64,000 bases of DNA, taken from assembly GCA_965222375.1 (NCBI GenBank), contig CBDCTZ010000011.1, positions 224,001 through 288,000 of the forward strand, read 5' to 3'. A program made the position numbers and the translations under genes. Position 1 is the first letter of the stretch; each line of letters opens with the position of its first letter. Of the stretch, positions 7,967-18,276 are shown piece after piece. Under the pieces are notes generated by a model. That model was given only the letters and a program-made list of their open reading frames with translations. It was not told where the DNA came from and ran no database searches. The DNA is from Polyangiaceae bacterium. Lineage in GTDB: Bacteria; Myxococcota_A; Polyangia; Polyangiales; Polyangiaceae.

Positions 7967-9070
7967 ATGAGCAACTCGGATACATGTTGGCTTGCGGCAC
8001 TCCTGGGGCTTTCGATGCTGACCGCCGCGTGTAGCGGTGAGGCTCCGGGACCGGTCGCAGAGCTTCCGAATTCGCATAGCGGGACTCATGTCGTCGGGGG
8101 AGCGCCGGCGAGTTCGAGCGAGCTGCATTCGACCGTCGCCATTTGGTGGCACGAATCCAAGTCTTTCGGCTGCACGGGCACGCTGGTCGCGCCCAAGGTC
8201 GTGGTTACTGCGGCCCATTGCGTGGCGGTCGAGGACTACAACTACAAGCTGGTCGGTTGGGAGGCTCCGGAGAGCATCGGAGTTGTCGCGGGAGTCCTCG
8301 ATGCGACCTCGCCGCCGGCGGAGGCTATCTATCCGGTTGCCAAGGTCGTCGGGCATCCCAAGTACGGTGACTTCGGCCAGATCGATGCAGACGGATTGGG
8401 GCGCGACGAGGACATCGCTGTGCTCGTTCTTGCTCAGCCCGTGACGGTGCAAGCGCCGGCTCCCGTGGTCGGGTTGGCGAACGCAGATGACGTGCTCAAG
8501 CCAGATACGCCCATCGTCGTGTCGGGCTACGGCGTCAGCAACGAAAGCACCAACGCCGAGGGTGTGCTCAACATTGCGTCGACACCGTATCAGCGCCGAA
8601 ACGACGCCGAGTTTCTCGCTGGCAGGCCCGGAATGCCGGACTCATGCTACGGCGATTCGGGCGGCCCCGCCTACGTCGGAGTGGGAGGCGTTTTGCACTT
8701 GGTCGGCGTCACATCCCGCGGCAGCGGCGGCGCATGCGGCAGTGGCGGCATCTACACCTTCGTGCCGGGCTACGAAGACTTCCTGAAACAGGCCGCAGGC
8801 GGGCTCTACCCACCCTCGACACCCCCGAAGCAGCCCGATCCGGCGCCGGACCCCGGCACACACCCGGGCGCAGAGCCAACGCCGGAGACTCCAACGCCCA
8901 CCCCCGGTGGAGCCGAGCCGCCGGCATCTCGAGCCCCGTCCGAGTCCCAGGGTTCCTGTGCGTTGGCTGCCCGATCGCCCGCAAGCAACGGCTCTCTGGC
9001 TTGGCTGGCACTGGCGCTCTTGGCCGCCTCCCGCCGGCGCAAGCCGCGCTCAGTCGAAGATGGCGACTAG
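7967..9070 (+). CDS. Trypsin-like S1 serine protease, lipoprotein with MYXO-CTERM-like tail
   Basis: VVGG mature N-terminus; triad motifs TAAHC, DIAVL and DSCYGDSGGP; lipobox LTAA-C; C-terminal GSC-linker-hydrophobic helix-RRRK. Confidence 0.9.
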   Translation: MSNSDTCWLAALLGLSMLTAACSGEAPGPVAELPNSHSGTHVVGGAPASSSELHSTVAIWWHESKSFGCTGTLVAPKVVVTAAHCVAVEDYNYKLVGWEAPESIGVVAGVLDATSPPAEAIYPVAKVVGHPKYGDFGQIDADGLGRDEDIAVLVLAQPVTVQAPAPVVGLANADDVLKPDTPIVVSGYGVSNESTNAEGVLNIASTPYQRRNDAEFLAGRPGMPDSCYGDSGGPAYVGVGGVLHLVGVTSRGSGGACGSGGIYTFVPGYEDFLKQAAGGLYPPSTPPKQPDPAPDPGTHPGAEPTPETPTPTPGGAEPPASRAPSESQGSCALAARSPASNGSLAWLALALLAASRRRKPRSVEDGD

Positions 9071-9835
9071 CTGCTCCGTGAAACCGACCAGAGCCCCCTC
9101 AGCGTTGTGCAAGTGGCCGACACAGGTGTGCATGCCGTCCTTGCCAGCCACGGTTTCGTAGCTAAAGCGAAACCACTGCTCGAAGTCCTTCGGCACCAAC
9201 AGGATGTGCGCTGTCCAGCTGACGGTGCTGGCCAACGCTGGGGAATTCAGGACGGAGAGGGATGGGCTCGGCCACATGTCGAGGAGCCCGAGCACGCCCT
9301 CGGCTCCGCCCGCGGGCACGCGGAAGCGGCAATACCCGTCCAAGCGCGCTTGGTCTGCGCCGGTGAAGGGCGGGCTGCCGGTAGCCCAGCGCAAGGCAAT
9401 GTGTTGAGTGAACTCTGGTGTGATGCCCGCCAGGTAGGGCATGTCGGGCAGGGTTTCGGGCTGTGGTCCTGTGAACGGAGCCAAGCCGGTGACTGGAGCG
9501 CTGCCTTCACGGGGCCGAACGAAGACCAAGTTGGCGAGCGCGGTCTCCTGGCCGTCTTGGGCCAGCGCGGCCTGGACGAAGCTCGTCGACTTGCCTTCCC
9601 GGACCACCCGGACCGAGCCGGTGACCCGGCCCGGCGCCGTGGGTCGTAGCAGTTGGGTATTCGCCGTTCGTAGCTTGCGGTCCGGCGACACCACTCGGCG
9701 ACCCAGTGCCGCTAGGGCCGCCGCGCTCAATCCGCCAAAGACGGAACGCCCCTGCAGCCAACCTGCAGGCATCTCGAATTGCCAAACGTCGCTGGTCTCG
9801 CTCCAGAGCTCGCGGAGGCCCGCGTCAAAGTGCAT
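9050..9835 (-). CDS. Acyl-CoA thioesterase, TesB-like double hotdog family
   Basis: WLQGRSVFGGLSAA, VREGKSTSFVQ, LGLLDMWPSP, ASTVSWT motifs. Confidence 0.85.
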   Translation of the reverse strand: MHFDAGLRELWSETSDVWQFEMPAGWLQGRSVFGGLSAAALAALGRRVVSPDRKLRTANTQLLRPTAPGRVTGSVRVVREGKSTSFVQAALAQDGQETALANLVFVRPREGSAPVTGLAPFTGPQPETLPDMPYLAGITPEFTQHIALRWATGSPPFTGADQARLDGYCRFRVPAGGAEGVLGLLDMWPSPSLSVLNSPALASTVSWTAHILLVPKDFEQWFRFSYETVAGKDGMHTCVGHLHNAEGALVGFTEQLVAIFD

Positions 9836-9900
9836 GCGCAGCTGTATAAGGAGTCCGAGTGCGGTGGCAAGAGTGTTGGCCCCACCACACCGCGCGCTGC

Positions 9901-11370
9901 TCAGTGCACGGCGATGGATGGATGCACCAGCCGAGACTGCCCAGACTGGGAGTAGATCGGCTCACCCACCCAGCCTGAAGCAGACTTCGTCACGTAAATG
10001 AGTACGTTCGAGTCCGTCTTGCCCTCTGAGATCACCGCGTGCACCTTGCCTGCTGCGTCTGCAGTGAACGCTGCACCGGAGTGGGGGCCGGGGTGTATCT
10101 GACCTTCGTTCTGCCAGGTCGTGGCCGCAGCGGTCTTTCGCACTAGCTCGATCGCGCTGCCGGCGCGGTGACCTACGATGAACTCGCCTTGAGGCGAGAG
10201 TCCCGCGGATATGAAGCCCGTGTCGTAGGCGTCGTAGCCTGCGCTGCCATTCGCCTTCACCCAGGCTGACCCGCTCCAGCGAGTGAACCCGAATTTGAAG
10301 ACGATGTTTGGCCGCTGCGCGGAATCCAAAGCGATTAGCTTGTACTGCGAGGCTTGCTTGGGTGAGAAGGTGAGCAGCTCGTTGCTCCAGCCTGATGCAC
10401 TGTCGCGAGCATAGTGCAACTGGTAGCCGCCGTGATCGTGGTGAGCAATGTGCGCGTAGCCACTCGAGTCAAAGGTGAGCGCCGGGGCTCCGCCAGGGTT
10501 GGCCACGCCAGTGGGCGGTGTCGTGTCCAGGACCAAGGTGCCTTGCCACTTGGACCCATCCCAAGAGTACCGCTTGAGCGTGGACCCCTGACGAAACGCG
10601 ATTTCTGGTTTCCCGTTGTGCATTGCAATGAAGTGTTTGCCGATTCCTGTGGTGTCCACGCCCGAGTCGATGAGGTCGTACCCGAAAGAGCCGCTCATCT
10701 GGACCCACGAGCTTCCATCCCAGCGTGCGAAGCGCAGCGTCTTCGTACGGAAATGCGAATAGGCCACGTTCGGATTTCCGCTGCTGTCGAGCACCATGTC
10801 TTGAATGGCGTAGGTTGAGCTCTTGCTGGTATTGAGACCCGAATCGATGATGCTCAGCTTCCAGCTCGTGGTGCCTTTTTGCTTCACGGCATGACGCAGG
10901 ATTCCGTAGTAGGAGCCCGAGGGAACCGCAGCGTCGAAGAACAGCACATGAAGGTCGGTGTCCGCCGTAGTCGTTCCCGCGTCCCCAAGTCCGCCGTCCG
11001 AGCCTCCGCTGCCACCCGAGCCCGAGCTGCCTCCCGAACCCGCTTGCCCGGCGCCGCCGCCGAAAGCGCCGAAGTTGCCGAAGCCGCCCGAGGCCGAGCC
11101 GCCACTTCCCGAGCTACCGCCGCTGCCGGTGCTGAGGCAAGCCTCACTGCAGTTGGTCGCACAACAGCCTGAGCGGCAGCGGCGAATGGAGGCCTCGAAT
11201 TTTGAGCCTGGGCACTTGCACTTGATGCTCGGGCAGCTGCTCGCCTTAGTGCAGCTCTTGCTTGTGCAGGTGGAGACACCTCCGCCGCTGCCGGGCGCGC
11301 CACCGACGCCCGAGGAGCTGCACGCCGCGATCAACGCCGCGCCACCCAGCCCCATCCAAATCCGTCGCAT
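9901..11370 (-). CDS. Lipoprotein with Cys-rich N-domain, Gly linker and beta-propeller-like C-terminal domain
   Basis: GGAGG RBS; lipobox IAA-C; repeated blades such as LDSSGNPNVAYS, FDSSGYAHIAH, LHYARDSASGW and RWSGSAW. Confidence 0.8.
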   Translation of the reverse strand: MRRIWMGLGGAALIAACSSSGVGGAPGSGGGVSTCTSKSCTKASSCPSIKCKCPGSKFEASIRRCRSGCCATNCSEACLSTGSGGSSGSGGSASGGFGNFGAFGGGAGQAGSGGSSGSGGSGGSDGGLGDAGTTTADTDLHVLFFDAAVPSGSYYGILRHAVKQKGTTSWKLSIIDSGLNTSKSSTYAIQDMVLDSSGNPNVAYSHFRTKTLRFARWDGSSWVQMSGSFGYDLIDSGVDTTGIGKHFIAMHNGKPEIAFRQGSTLKRYSWDGSKWQGTLVLDTTPPTGVANPGGAPALTFDSSGYAHIAHHDHGGYQLHYARDSASGWSNELLTFSPKQASQYKLIALDSAQRPNIVFKFGFTRWSGSAWVKANGSAGYDAYDTGFISAGLSPQGEFIVGHRAGSAIELVRKTAAATTWQNEGQIHPGPHSGAAFTADAAGKVHAVISEGKTDSNVLIYVTKSASGWVGEPIYSQSGQSRLVHPSIAVH

Positions 11371-11387
11371 GGCAGTCCTCCCTCTTC

Positions 11388-13484
11388 TCAGTTCGGTAGC
11401 TGGACGCAGGCTACGGCCAGGGTCTGGGAACAAGTGTTCGACTTCTGCTCGATCAACCGGCGGAAGTCCCATTCGCCGGATCTCCCGCTACCTGTCGTCA
11501 GTGTCCAGTCGGCGCAGGTGAGGCCTGCGCTTACCAAGCCGGCGCTCGTAGAGCCGTGCCAGCCGCGGGCATCGTTCCAATCGGGCGTTGCTTTGCCTTC
11601 GTCCACGACCTTACCGTCGAAGGAAAGCAACAGACCTGCGGCCGAGTTCCACGCGGACTGGGTGAAGATTGCGCTCCAAGACGGATACATCACACCGCCA
11701 TTGAGGTTGACCACCGGATAGGATGCCGCAACGCCAGTGACGAGGTCTTTGACGTTCTGAGATCCCGTCGAGAGAAAGGCCTTCCAGGTACCCGTCTGGC
11801 CGGCGGTCGTCGCCTGGGCGGCGCACAGCGCGTCCGCGCCGGGGAGCCCGCCCAGGTTGCCATCGTGAGCTTCGTTGAGCGCCGCGATTTGGATCTTCGA
11901 ACACTGCCCCACGGGCGTCCACGTTGTCTTCGACGTGGCTGGGTCGCATTGCTCGCAGCCCAATGGGCTGACGGCGCCTTGGGCGTAGCACTTGCCGCCG
12001 ATGTAGCAACCGTTGCCCTTGATGGTCCAATCCAATGGGTTGGCCGCGCCGTCGCAGGCCAAGAATGAGCACGCGCTGTCAGGGTGCAGCGCACCGTTGG
12101 GGTAGCAGGAAGTGCCGATGCTGCAGCTCAGGCCTACCGGGGACCAGTCGGTCTTGTTCTTGGTGGGGTTGCACTCCTCGCAACCTCCCGCGTTCTGGTC
12201 TCCGGATTTGCGACAGCTGCTTCCGATCAAACACTCGTTGCCGCTGACGGTCCACTCTGTCGCACTGACACTGCTGTCGCACACGGTCGTGCTGCATGTG
12301 GAACTCGGGTGCTTGTCTTGGTTCTTGTAGCACTTGCTTCCGATCTTGCAGTCGTAGTTGGCCGGCGAATACGCCGTGGTGGATTGAGCCGGATCGCAGG
12401 CAGTGCAGCCATCGCTGGACGTCTCTCCAGCGGGTTTGCAGGTGGAGCCGATCAGGCACTCCCCGCCCTTCACGGTCCAGGTGGATGTGCTGGTGGTCGC
12501 GTCGCAAACCGTGTTGGTGCATGTCGTGCTCGGATGAGGCTCGCCGTTCATGAAGCATGTACTGCCCACCTTGCAGTCGTAGTTCGCGGGTGACCAAGAC
12601 GTCTTGGATTGCGCTGGGTCGCATGCGTTGCAGCGGTTGAGCTGGCGGTCCCCAGCGGCCGCGCAGGTCGAGCCAATCAAGCACTCATTCGCGTTCACTG
12701 TCCAGCTGGAGGTGCTGCTAGTGCCGTCACAGACGACGCCGGTGCAGCTACTGCTTGGGTGAGTTTGACCATTCTTGTAGCAAATGCCGCTGATCTTGCA
12801 GTCGAAAAGCACCTCGGTCCACGCCGTGGGCGACTGAGTGGGATCGCATACATTACAGCCACCGGGATCCTTCTCACCGGCTTCGTAGCACTTGCCTCCG
12901 ATGTTGCAGTCGTTCTTGGCCGGGACCAAGGACGTGACGGATTGGGACGGGTCACAGACGCTGCAGCCGTTGCTGTCCTTTTCGCCGTTGGCGTAGCAGT
13001 AGCCCGAGGTCTGACAGCCATTGGCAATGGCTGTCCAGGAGGTTTGCGAAGACTTCGGATCGCACACCTCGCACTTGCTCCCGTTGTGCTGGTCAGCGCT
13101 GCGGCAAGACCCATCGATCACGCAGTTGTTGGGGCGCACGATGTTCTTGCAGCTACCGTCCGGTGCGCAGAAGTCGTCGGTGCACGAGAGATTGTCGTCG
13201 CAATCGCAGGGCAAGTTCGTGCCTGCGTCACCCGAGCTGCCGCCCGTGCCGCCGCCGTCGGAGCCCCCGGTGCCCCCGCCGCCGTCGTTGCCGCCAAAGC
13301 CCTTACAGGGAAACGTGTCCATGCAGTCGGGGTCCGCGCAGTCGGTCAACGAATCGCCGTCGTTGTCGACCTTGTCGACGCAGGCCGTTTCGACTTTGCC
13401 CTTTGGGTCAGAGCCCGAGTCGGAAGAACAGCTCCAAATGGACGCCAATACGATAGCTACGACGGGGCCAGCGGCTCGATACAT
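11388..13484 (-). CDS. Cys-rich repeat lipoprotein with C-terminal DUF1554/endostatin-like domain
   Basis: Lipobox IWS-C; about 11 repeats of C-x-IG-x2-C...CDP-x2-S-x-T-x-W; C-terminal GNLGGLPGADALC...WKAFLS...WHG...CADWT. Confidence 0.8.
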   Translation of the reverse strand: MYRAAGPVVAIVLASIWSCSSDSGSDPKGKVETACVDKVDNDGDSLTDCADPDCMDTFPCKGFGGNDGGGGTGGSDGGGTGGSSGDAGTNLPCDCDDNLSCTDDFCAPDGSCKNIVRPNNCVIDGSCRSADQHNGSKCEVCDPKSSQTSWTAIANGCQTSGYCYANGEKDSNGCSVCDPSQSVTSLVPAKNDCNIGGKCYEAGEKDPGGCNVCDPTQSPTAWTEVLFDCKISGICYKNGQTHPSSSCTGVVCDGTSSTSSWTVNANECLIGSTCAAAGDRQLNRCNACDPAQSKTSWSPANYDCKVGSTCFMNGEPHPSTTCTNTVCDATTSTSTWTVKGGECLIGSTCKPAGETSSDGCTACDPAQSTTAYSPANYDCKIGSKCYKNQDKHPSSTCSTTVCDSSVSATEWTVSGNECLIGSSCRKSGDQNAGGCEECNPTKNKTDWSPVGLSCSIGTSCYPNGALHPDSACSFLACDGAANPLDWTIKGNGCYIGGKCYAQGAVSPLGCEQCDPATSKTTWTPVGQCSKIQIAALNEAHDGNLGGLPGADALCAAQATTAGQTGTWKAFLSTGSQNVKDLVTGVAASYPVVNLNGGVMYPSWSAIFTQSAWNSAAGLLLSFDGKVVDEGKATPDWNDARGWHGSTSAGLVSAGLTCADWTLTTGSGRSGEWDFRRLIEQKSNTCSQTLAVACVQLPN

Positions 13485-13619
13485 GGCTCACTCCTCTGCC
13501 GAAGAACCACCCCGGATCTTGGCGTTTAGATTGTACGCAGGGGCAGAAGCAACCCTGCCTAGATCGGACGAAACACGTAGGAGCGTTCGGTACATGGGCC
13601 TACCTGCATGCACGGTCGC

Positions 13620-15581
13620 CTAGTTGCTGCACGCTCCCGCACCGTTGCACTTCTTCTGGCCCGGGCATTCGCCGCCCGGGTTCTGCCCCGCGGGCACGGG
13701 GCTGCAGGTGCCCTGCTTGCCACTCACGTTGCAAGCCATGCAGAGCCCCGTGCACGTTGTATTGCAGCAGTACCCGTCGACACAGAGATTGCCGGCGCAA
13801 TCGCTGGCCTCATTGCAGCGTTTGCCATTGGCACATTTGGCGCACCCCCCTCCGCCGCCGCAGTCCGTATCCGTTTCGGTGCCGTTCTTGAGCCCGTCGG
13901 AGCAGGTCTGGCATTTGCCGCCAGAGCAGACGTAGGAGCCCGAGCACGTCGTCGGAGGCGTCGTCAGACACGAGCCTGTACCGTTGCAGGTATCCGCAGG
14001 GTTTTCACTGTTGCCGATGCATGAGGCCGCGCCACAGATGGTGCCGGAAGGATGGAACGCGCACGCGCCGTTGCTGCACATGCCCGTCGTGCCACAGGTG
14101 CTTGAGGAAGTCGCGGTGCACTCGGAGTCCGGGTCTGTGTTGCTCTTCACGTTGGCACAGGTGCCCGTGGTCTGCCCCGTCTTGATCGAGGTGCATGCCT
14201 CGCATTTGCCGCTGCACGCCTTGTCACAGCAAACGCCGTCCGCGCAGAAGCCCGTGGTGCAATCCGAGCCTGCCAGGCACTTCTTGCCTGAAGTGCACTT
14301 TGGACAGACGGTGCCGCCGCAGTCCACATCGGTTTCCCCGCTGCTCTTGAAGCCGTTCTTGCAGCTGCACTTCCCCCCGGAGCAGACGTCCCCGGGCGTG
14401 CAGGTGCCGCAATTAAGCGTGGTGCCGCAGCCGTCGCTGTAACTCCCACAGGTCCGACCTGCCGCCGCGCAGGTGGTGGGCGTACAGCAGGTGCCGCTGC
14501 TGGTGCAGGTCTTCCCGCTGCCACAGGGCGTCCCCGCTGGGAGCTTGGGGTGCGAGGGCGAGGTGCCGACGCACTTGTCCTCAGTGCACGGGTTGTTGTC
14601 GTCGTTGATGTCCGTAGGGTCGGGCTCGTTGGTCGTGCTGCCGCTGCCGTTGCAGACCAGGGTGCGGCAGTCCCCGGCGCTCTGCTTGCTCGCGGGCAAG
14701 GGCGTTCCGGCGGCAACGTTGTTCTTCACACACGCGCCAGATTTGCAAGCCGGTGTCCAGCAATCGCTGGTCGCGGTCGCCGAGCAGTCCGCGTCGCTCG
14801 AGCAGTCGACGCATTTGCCTGCGCCGTCACAAATTCGCACCGCCTCGCAACTGGTGCCCTTCGACAACGGTTCGTTCACTGGGACACCCTTGTTGCAGAC
14901 ATCGTCGGTGCACTCGTTGCCGTCCTCGGGCACGTCGAAGGGATCCTCGACCTTCTCGTCCTTGCCTTCGACGCAGCGCTGCTCGTGGCAGTCGCCGGTG
15001 ACCTGGGATGCGCCTGGCGTCGGCATGCCACTCAGACCAGAGTGGCTGCATTCGCCTTTGCCATCACAACCCGGCTTGGCGCACGGCAGGCAGGCGTCGT
15101 CGGTGCAGGGGTTGAGGTCGTCACACTGGGTCGCCTCGTTGGACGAAGTGCATAGCACCAAGCAGCTGCCGAAACTGCACGTGCCATTGCCCTTTCCGAC
15201 CTTGCACTTGGTGCCTGTCAGCAAGGGTTTGTGGATGGGAATCCCGTTCTCACAGGTGTCCAAGGTGCACGGTTCGTCATCGTCGACGACATCGCCATTG
15301 TCGACCACCTGACTGGCGACGCCCCTCTTGCAAACCGTGCGGCTGCAGTCGCCTTCAGTCTGCTCTTTGGCGTCGCCATCGGGTGCCGCCTCGAAAACAC
15401 ATCTCGTGTCCTCGCAGGTGGCCGTCGAACACGGATTCCCGTTGTCGCACTCGGCGTTGACGGTGCACTCCCGTCCCGCGTCGGCACCACCGGATCCACC
15501 ACCGTCGCCAGAACCCCCGCAGCTAGCAAGCTGCAACCCAAAGAACCCCGAAAGCGCAATAAGCGCGAGCACTCGCCGCAT
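13620..15581 (-). CDS. Cys-rich repeat lipoprotein (myxobacterial type)
   Basis: Lipobox LAS-C; DDxNPCTxDxC repeats, ETDVDCGG and CxDGVCCxxACxGxCxAC motifs. Confidence 0.85.
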   Translation of the reverse strand: MRRVLALIALSGFFGLQLASCGGSGDGGGSGGADAGRECTVNAECDNGNPCSTATCEDTRCVFEAAPDGDAKEQTEGDCSRTVCKRGVASQVVDNGDVVDDDEPCTLDTCENGIPIHKPLLTGTKCKVGKGNGTCSFGSCLVLCTSSNEATQCDDLNPCTDDACLPCAKPGCDGKGECSHSGLSGMPTPGASQVTGDCHEQRCVEGKDEKVEDPFDVPEDGNECTDDVCNKGVPVNEPLSKGTSCEAVRICDGAGKCVDCSSDADCSATATSDCWTPACKSGACVKNNVAAGTPLPASKQSAGDCRTLVCNGSGSTTNEPDPTDINDDNNPCTEDKCVGTSPSHPKLPAGTPCGSGKTCTSSGTCCTPTTCAAAGRTCGSYSDGCGTTLNCGTCTPGDVCSGGKCSCKNGFKSSGETDVDCGGTVCPKCTSGKKCLAGSDCTTGFCADGVCCDKACSGKCEACTSIKTGQTTGTCANVKSNTDPDSECTATSSSTCGTTGMCSNGACAFHPSGTICGAASCIGNSENPADTCNGTGSCLTTPPTTCSGSYVCSGGKCQTCSDGLKNGTETDTDCGGGGGCAKCANGKRCNEASDCAGNLCVDGYCCNTTCTGLCMACNVSGKQGTCSPVPAGQNPGGECPGQKKCNGAGACSN

Positions 15582-15807
15582 GATGCAAGCATATCTTGGC
15601 GTTGAGCCAATCGCCAAGCGTGTGCAACGCAGTCATTCAGGGGAGTCCCAGGCGAGACGCATCACTTGCCTACATGTGCTTACAGAACATCCGGTGGTCT
15701 TCACAGCGTCGGGAAGATCACGCTCGGGGAACGAGTATCACTTCATGTATGAGCACGGGTGTGGGGCGCGCTAGCGTGCGTTCAGCGGGCGAAGTGAGCG
15801 GAAGACG

Positions 15808-16548
15808 CTACTTGCTCTCGCAGAACATGCGATTGCCGATGCGGAGGGAACATGCGCGTCCTTGGCCGCAGTCGGTGTCGCGGGTGCACGCATTTGTCCC
15901 GGCTCCCGATTTGATGCCAGGCAAGAAGGCGGCGTATTGACTGCAGCCGCTAGGGGCAGAGGTGAGATCAGTGCAATCTAGCCAGCCGCAGGCATCACAG
16001 GTGGCGGCGAGCCTCACGCATCCGCCACCCTTGGGATCGCACTGCACGCGATCAGTTTCGTGCACCGCGCAGGCACAAACGGTGGCCTCTGCGGCCGGGC
16101 AAAGCGTCGACGTGTCACCGGAGTAGCTGGCGAGATCGTAGCTGGCTGGGCATCCGCAGCTTGGCTTGATGGTTAGCGCGGGGGAGCAGCGTTGCCAGCC
16201 GCCGCCGGGTTGGCTGAGCCAGTCGGCCCACGTGCCCGAGGGCGAGAGGTAGACCTCTTGCGTCGATAGGTTCTGAACGCAAACCTGATCGAACGTGATG
16301 AGCGTTCGCGGGGCGCAGCCGATGACGGTGCCGCCTTGTTCAATACAGGTTGCCGTCACTCGACTCGCGACCACCTCGCTGCATTCCGCGGGGCAGCTGG
16401 CGGCCATGGTTGGACAGTCCGGGCCCGAGTCCTGCTCCTCGGAGGGGCTCTGCTTCTGCTCGGTTGGGGACGCCGAGCTGGCACATGCACAGAGGCCAGC
16501 AGTGGCGGCGATGAACGCGAGGATGGGGGCAGCCAGCCGTAGATACAT
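15808..16548 (-). CDS. Cys-rich hypothetical lipoprotein
   Basis: Signal MYLRLAAPILAFIAATAGLCA-C; numerous cysteines. Confidence 0.7.
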   Translation of the reverse strand: MYLRLAAPILAFIAATAGLCACASSASPTEQKQSPSEEQDSGPDCPTMAASCPAECSEVVASRVTATCIEQGGTVIGCAPRTLITFDQVCVQNLSTQEVYLSPSGTWADWLSQPGGGWQRCSPALTIKPSCGCPASYDLASYSGDTSTLCPAAEATVCACAVHETDRVQCDPKGGGCVRLAATCDACGWLDCTDLTSAPSGCSQYAAFLPGIKSGAGTNACTRDTDCGQGRACSLRIGNRMFCESK

Positions 16549-16645
16549 GGTCTGCTCATTATGGTGGTGAGCGCAACCGACGTGCCATCGGAACCTCGTG
16601 CGCTACGGGTCAGGAACGAGCTGCAATACGGTGGCAAGCGCTACG

Positions 16646-16707
16646 CGTGGCCTCGCGCGGGAGTAGTGGCCCCGCGCCGCACCCACGCCGCGACCCAAAA
16701 CTAACAA
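16646..16707 (-). repeat. Dispersed intergenic motif, copy 2
   Basis: Minus strand reads TTGTTAGTTTTGGGTCG-N22-CACTACTCCCG-CGCGAGGCCACG; block identities to copy 1 are 15/17, 10/11 and 9/12. Confidence 0.65.
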
Positions 16708-16870
16708 CCATACTCGACACATGCAGTAATTTCGCGTTTTCGTCATTGCTGGTCGTGCTGTGCCACCGGCATGTGCCACTGAAGGGCAGAAGTGTCCGAG
16801 TTTCCGCGAAAACGATCGCGTTGTCATCGGTGCACGAACGTTGGCACGGAGTATGCGAGTGCTTCTGGAT

Positions 16871-18166
16871 ATGCGCACACACACAATCGCCCTCTGCGGC
16901 GCCCTCATCGCGAGCGCTTTCGCTTGCAGCGGCTCGGATTCATCCGACCCCGCGCCTTCCGACGGGATCGAGCAGGCGAAGAGCGCCAAGCAGCGCCTGC
17001 CTGCGACTGCCGACTTGGCGTCAATCAAGACGCTCACCGGAAACAATACAGACTTCGCGTTCGACTTGCTGCGGGCCGCGAAACCTGACAGCAACTTGTT
17101 CTATTCGCCGCACAGCATTTCGATCGCCCTGGCGATGACCTATGCCGGTGCTGCGGGTGACACGAAAACCGAGATGAAGAAGACGTTGCGCTTCAATCAA
17201 TCGGACACCGACTTGCACGACGCGTTCAACGCCGTAGACCAGGAGTTGGAGTCTCGCGGACAGAACGCCAAAGGCGCCGATGGGCAGCCGTTCCGACTTC
17301 GCATCTCCAACGCAGCGTGGGCCCAGCAAGACTACGAGTTCTTGCCGAGCTATCTGGACGTGCTGGCCCAGAGCTACGGCGCGGGAATCAACCTGTTGGA
17401 CTTCATCTTGGATCCGGAGGTCTGCCGCACGACTATCAACGCGTGGGTGAGTCGACAGACTGAAGAGAAGATCCCCGAACTCCTTCCGCAGGGATCGATC
17501 AATACGGACACGCGACTCGTGCTGACGAACACGGTGTATTTCAATGCGTCCTGGGACACGCCTTTCGAACCCGAGGCCACAAAGGACGCCGAGTTCAGCC
17601 GACTGGATGGTTCGAAGGTGACCGTGCCGTTCATGGTCCAAACCGAAGCGCACCGCTACGCGGAGGGCTCCGGTTATAGAGCCGCCGAAATCCAATACGA
17701 TGGCGCGGAAGTGTCCATGCTGGTCGTGCTGCCGGATGCAGGGACCTTCGAGCAGTTCGAACAGTCTCTGAACGCACAGGGTATCGAGGCGGTCCTGGGT
17801 AGTCTGACTTCATCCAAGGAGGTGAACTTACACATGCCCAAGTTCGAGATGCGCACGAAGCTGCCCCTTGGGGGCACCCTGGCTCAAATGGGCATGCCCA
17901 CCGCGTTTTCTACGGCGGCAGACTTCTCGGCGATGAACGGCAGTGGCGGCCTGATGATTCAGGATGTGATCCACGAAGCCTTCGTGAAGGTGAACGAAGC
18001 GGGGACCGAGGCCGCCGCGGCGACGGCAGTCACCGTAGGCACCACGAGTGTGCCGGAGGTCGTCGAGCTGAAGCTGGATAGACCCTTCCTCTTTCTGATT
18101 CGCGATAACGAGACCGGGGCGAACGTATTCGTGGGGCGCATCGTCGACCCCAGCGCCAGCAGCTGA
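16871..18166 (+). CDS. Serpin (serine protease inhibitor), lipoprotein
   Basis: NLFYSPHSISIALAMTYAGA, INAWVSRQTEEKIPELL, LVLTNTVYFNASW, hinge VNEAGTEAAAAT, LDRPFLFLIRD; lipobox AFA-C. Start 16853 or 16871. Confidence 0.95.
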   Translation: MRTHTIALCGALIASAFACSGSDSSDPAPSDGIEQAKSAKQRLPATADLASIKTLTGNNTDFAFDLLRAAKPDSNLFYSPHSISIALAMTYAGAAGDTKTEMKKTLRFNQSDTDLHDAFNAVDQELESRGQNAKGADGQPFRLRISNAAWAQQDYEFLPSYLDVLAQSYGAGINLLDFILDPEVCRTTINAWVSRQTEEKIPELLPQGSINTDTRLVLTNTVYFNASWDTPFEPEATKDAEFSRLDGSKVTVPFMVQTEAHRYAEGSGYRAAEIQYDGAEVSMLVVLPDAGTFEQFEQSLNAQGIEAVLGSLTSSKEVNLHMPKFEMRTKLPLGGTLAQMGMPTAFSTAADFSAMNGSGGLMIQDVIHEAFVKVNEAGTEAAAATAVTVGTTSVPEVVELKLDRPFLFLIRDNETGANVFVGRIVDPSASS

Positions 18167-18276
18167 CACAAGTAAAATCCCCCGAGCGGCGCTAGCTGCA
18201 GTTGCGAGAGGGTGCTGCCGCGCGTACGCTTCCGCCGCTCGCGTCGGGTCGCGAGCGCCCGCCTCTGGAGGCCAGA

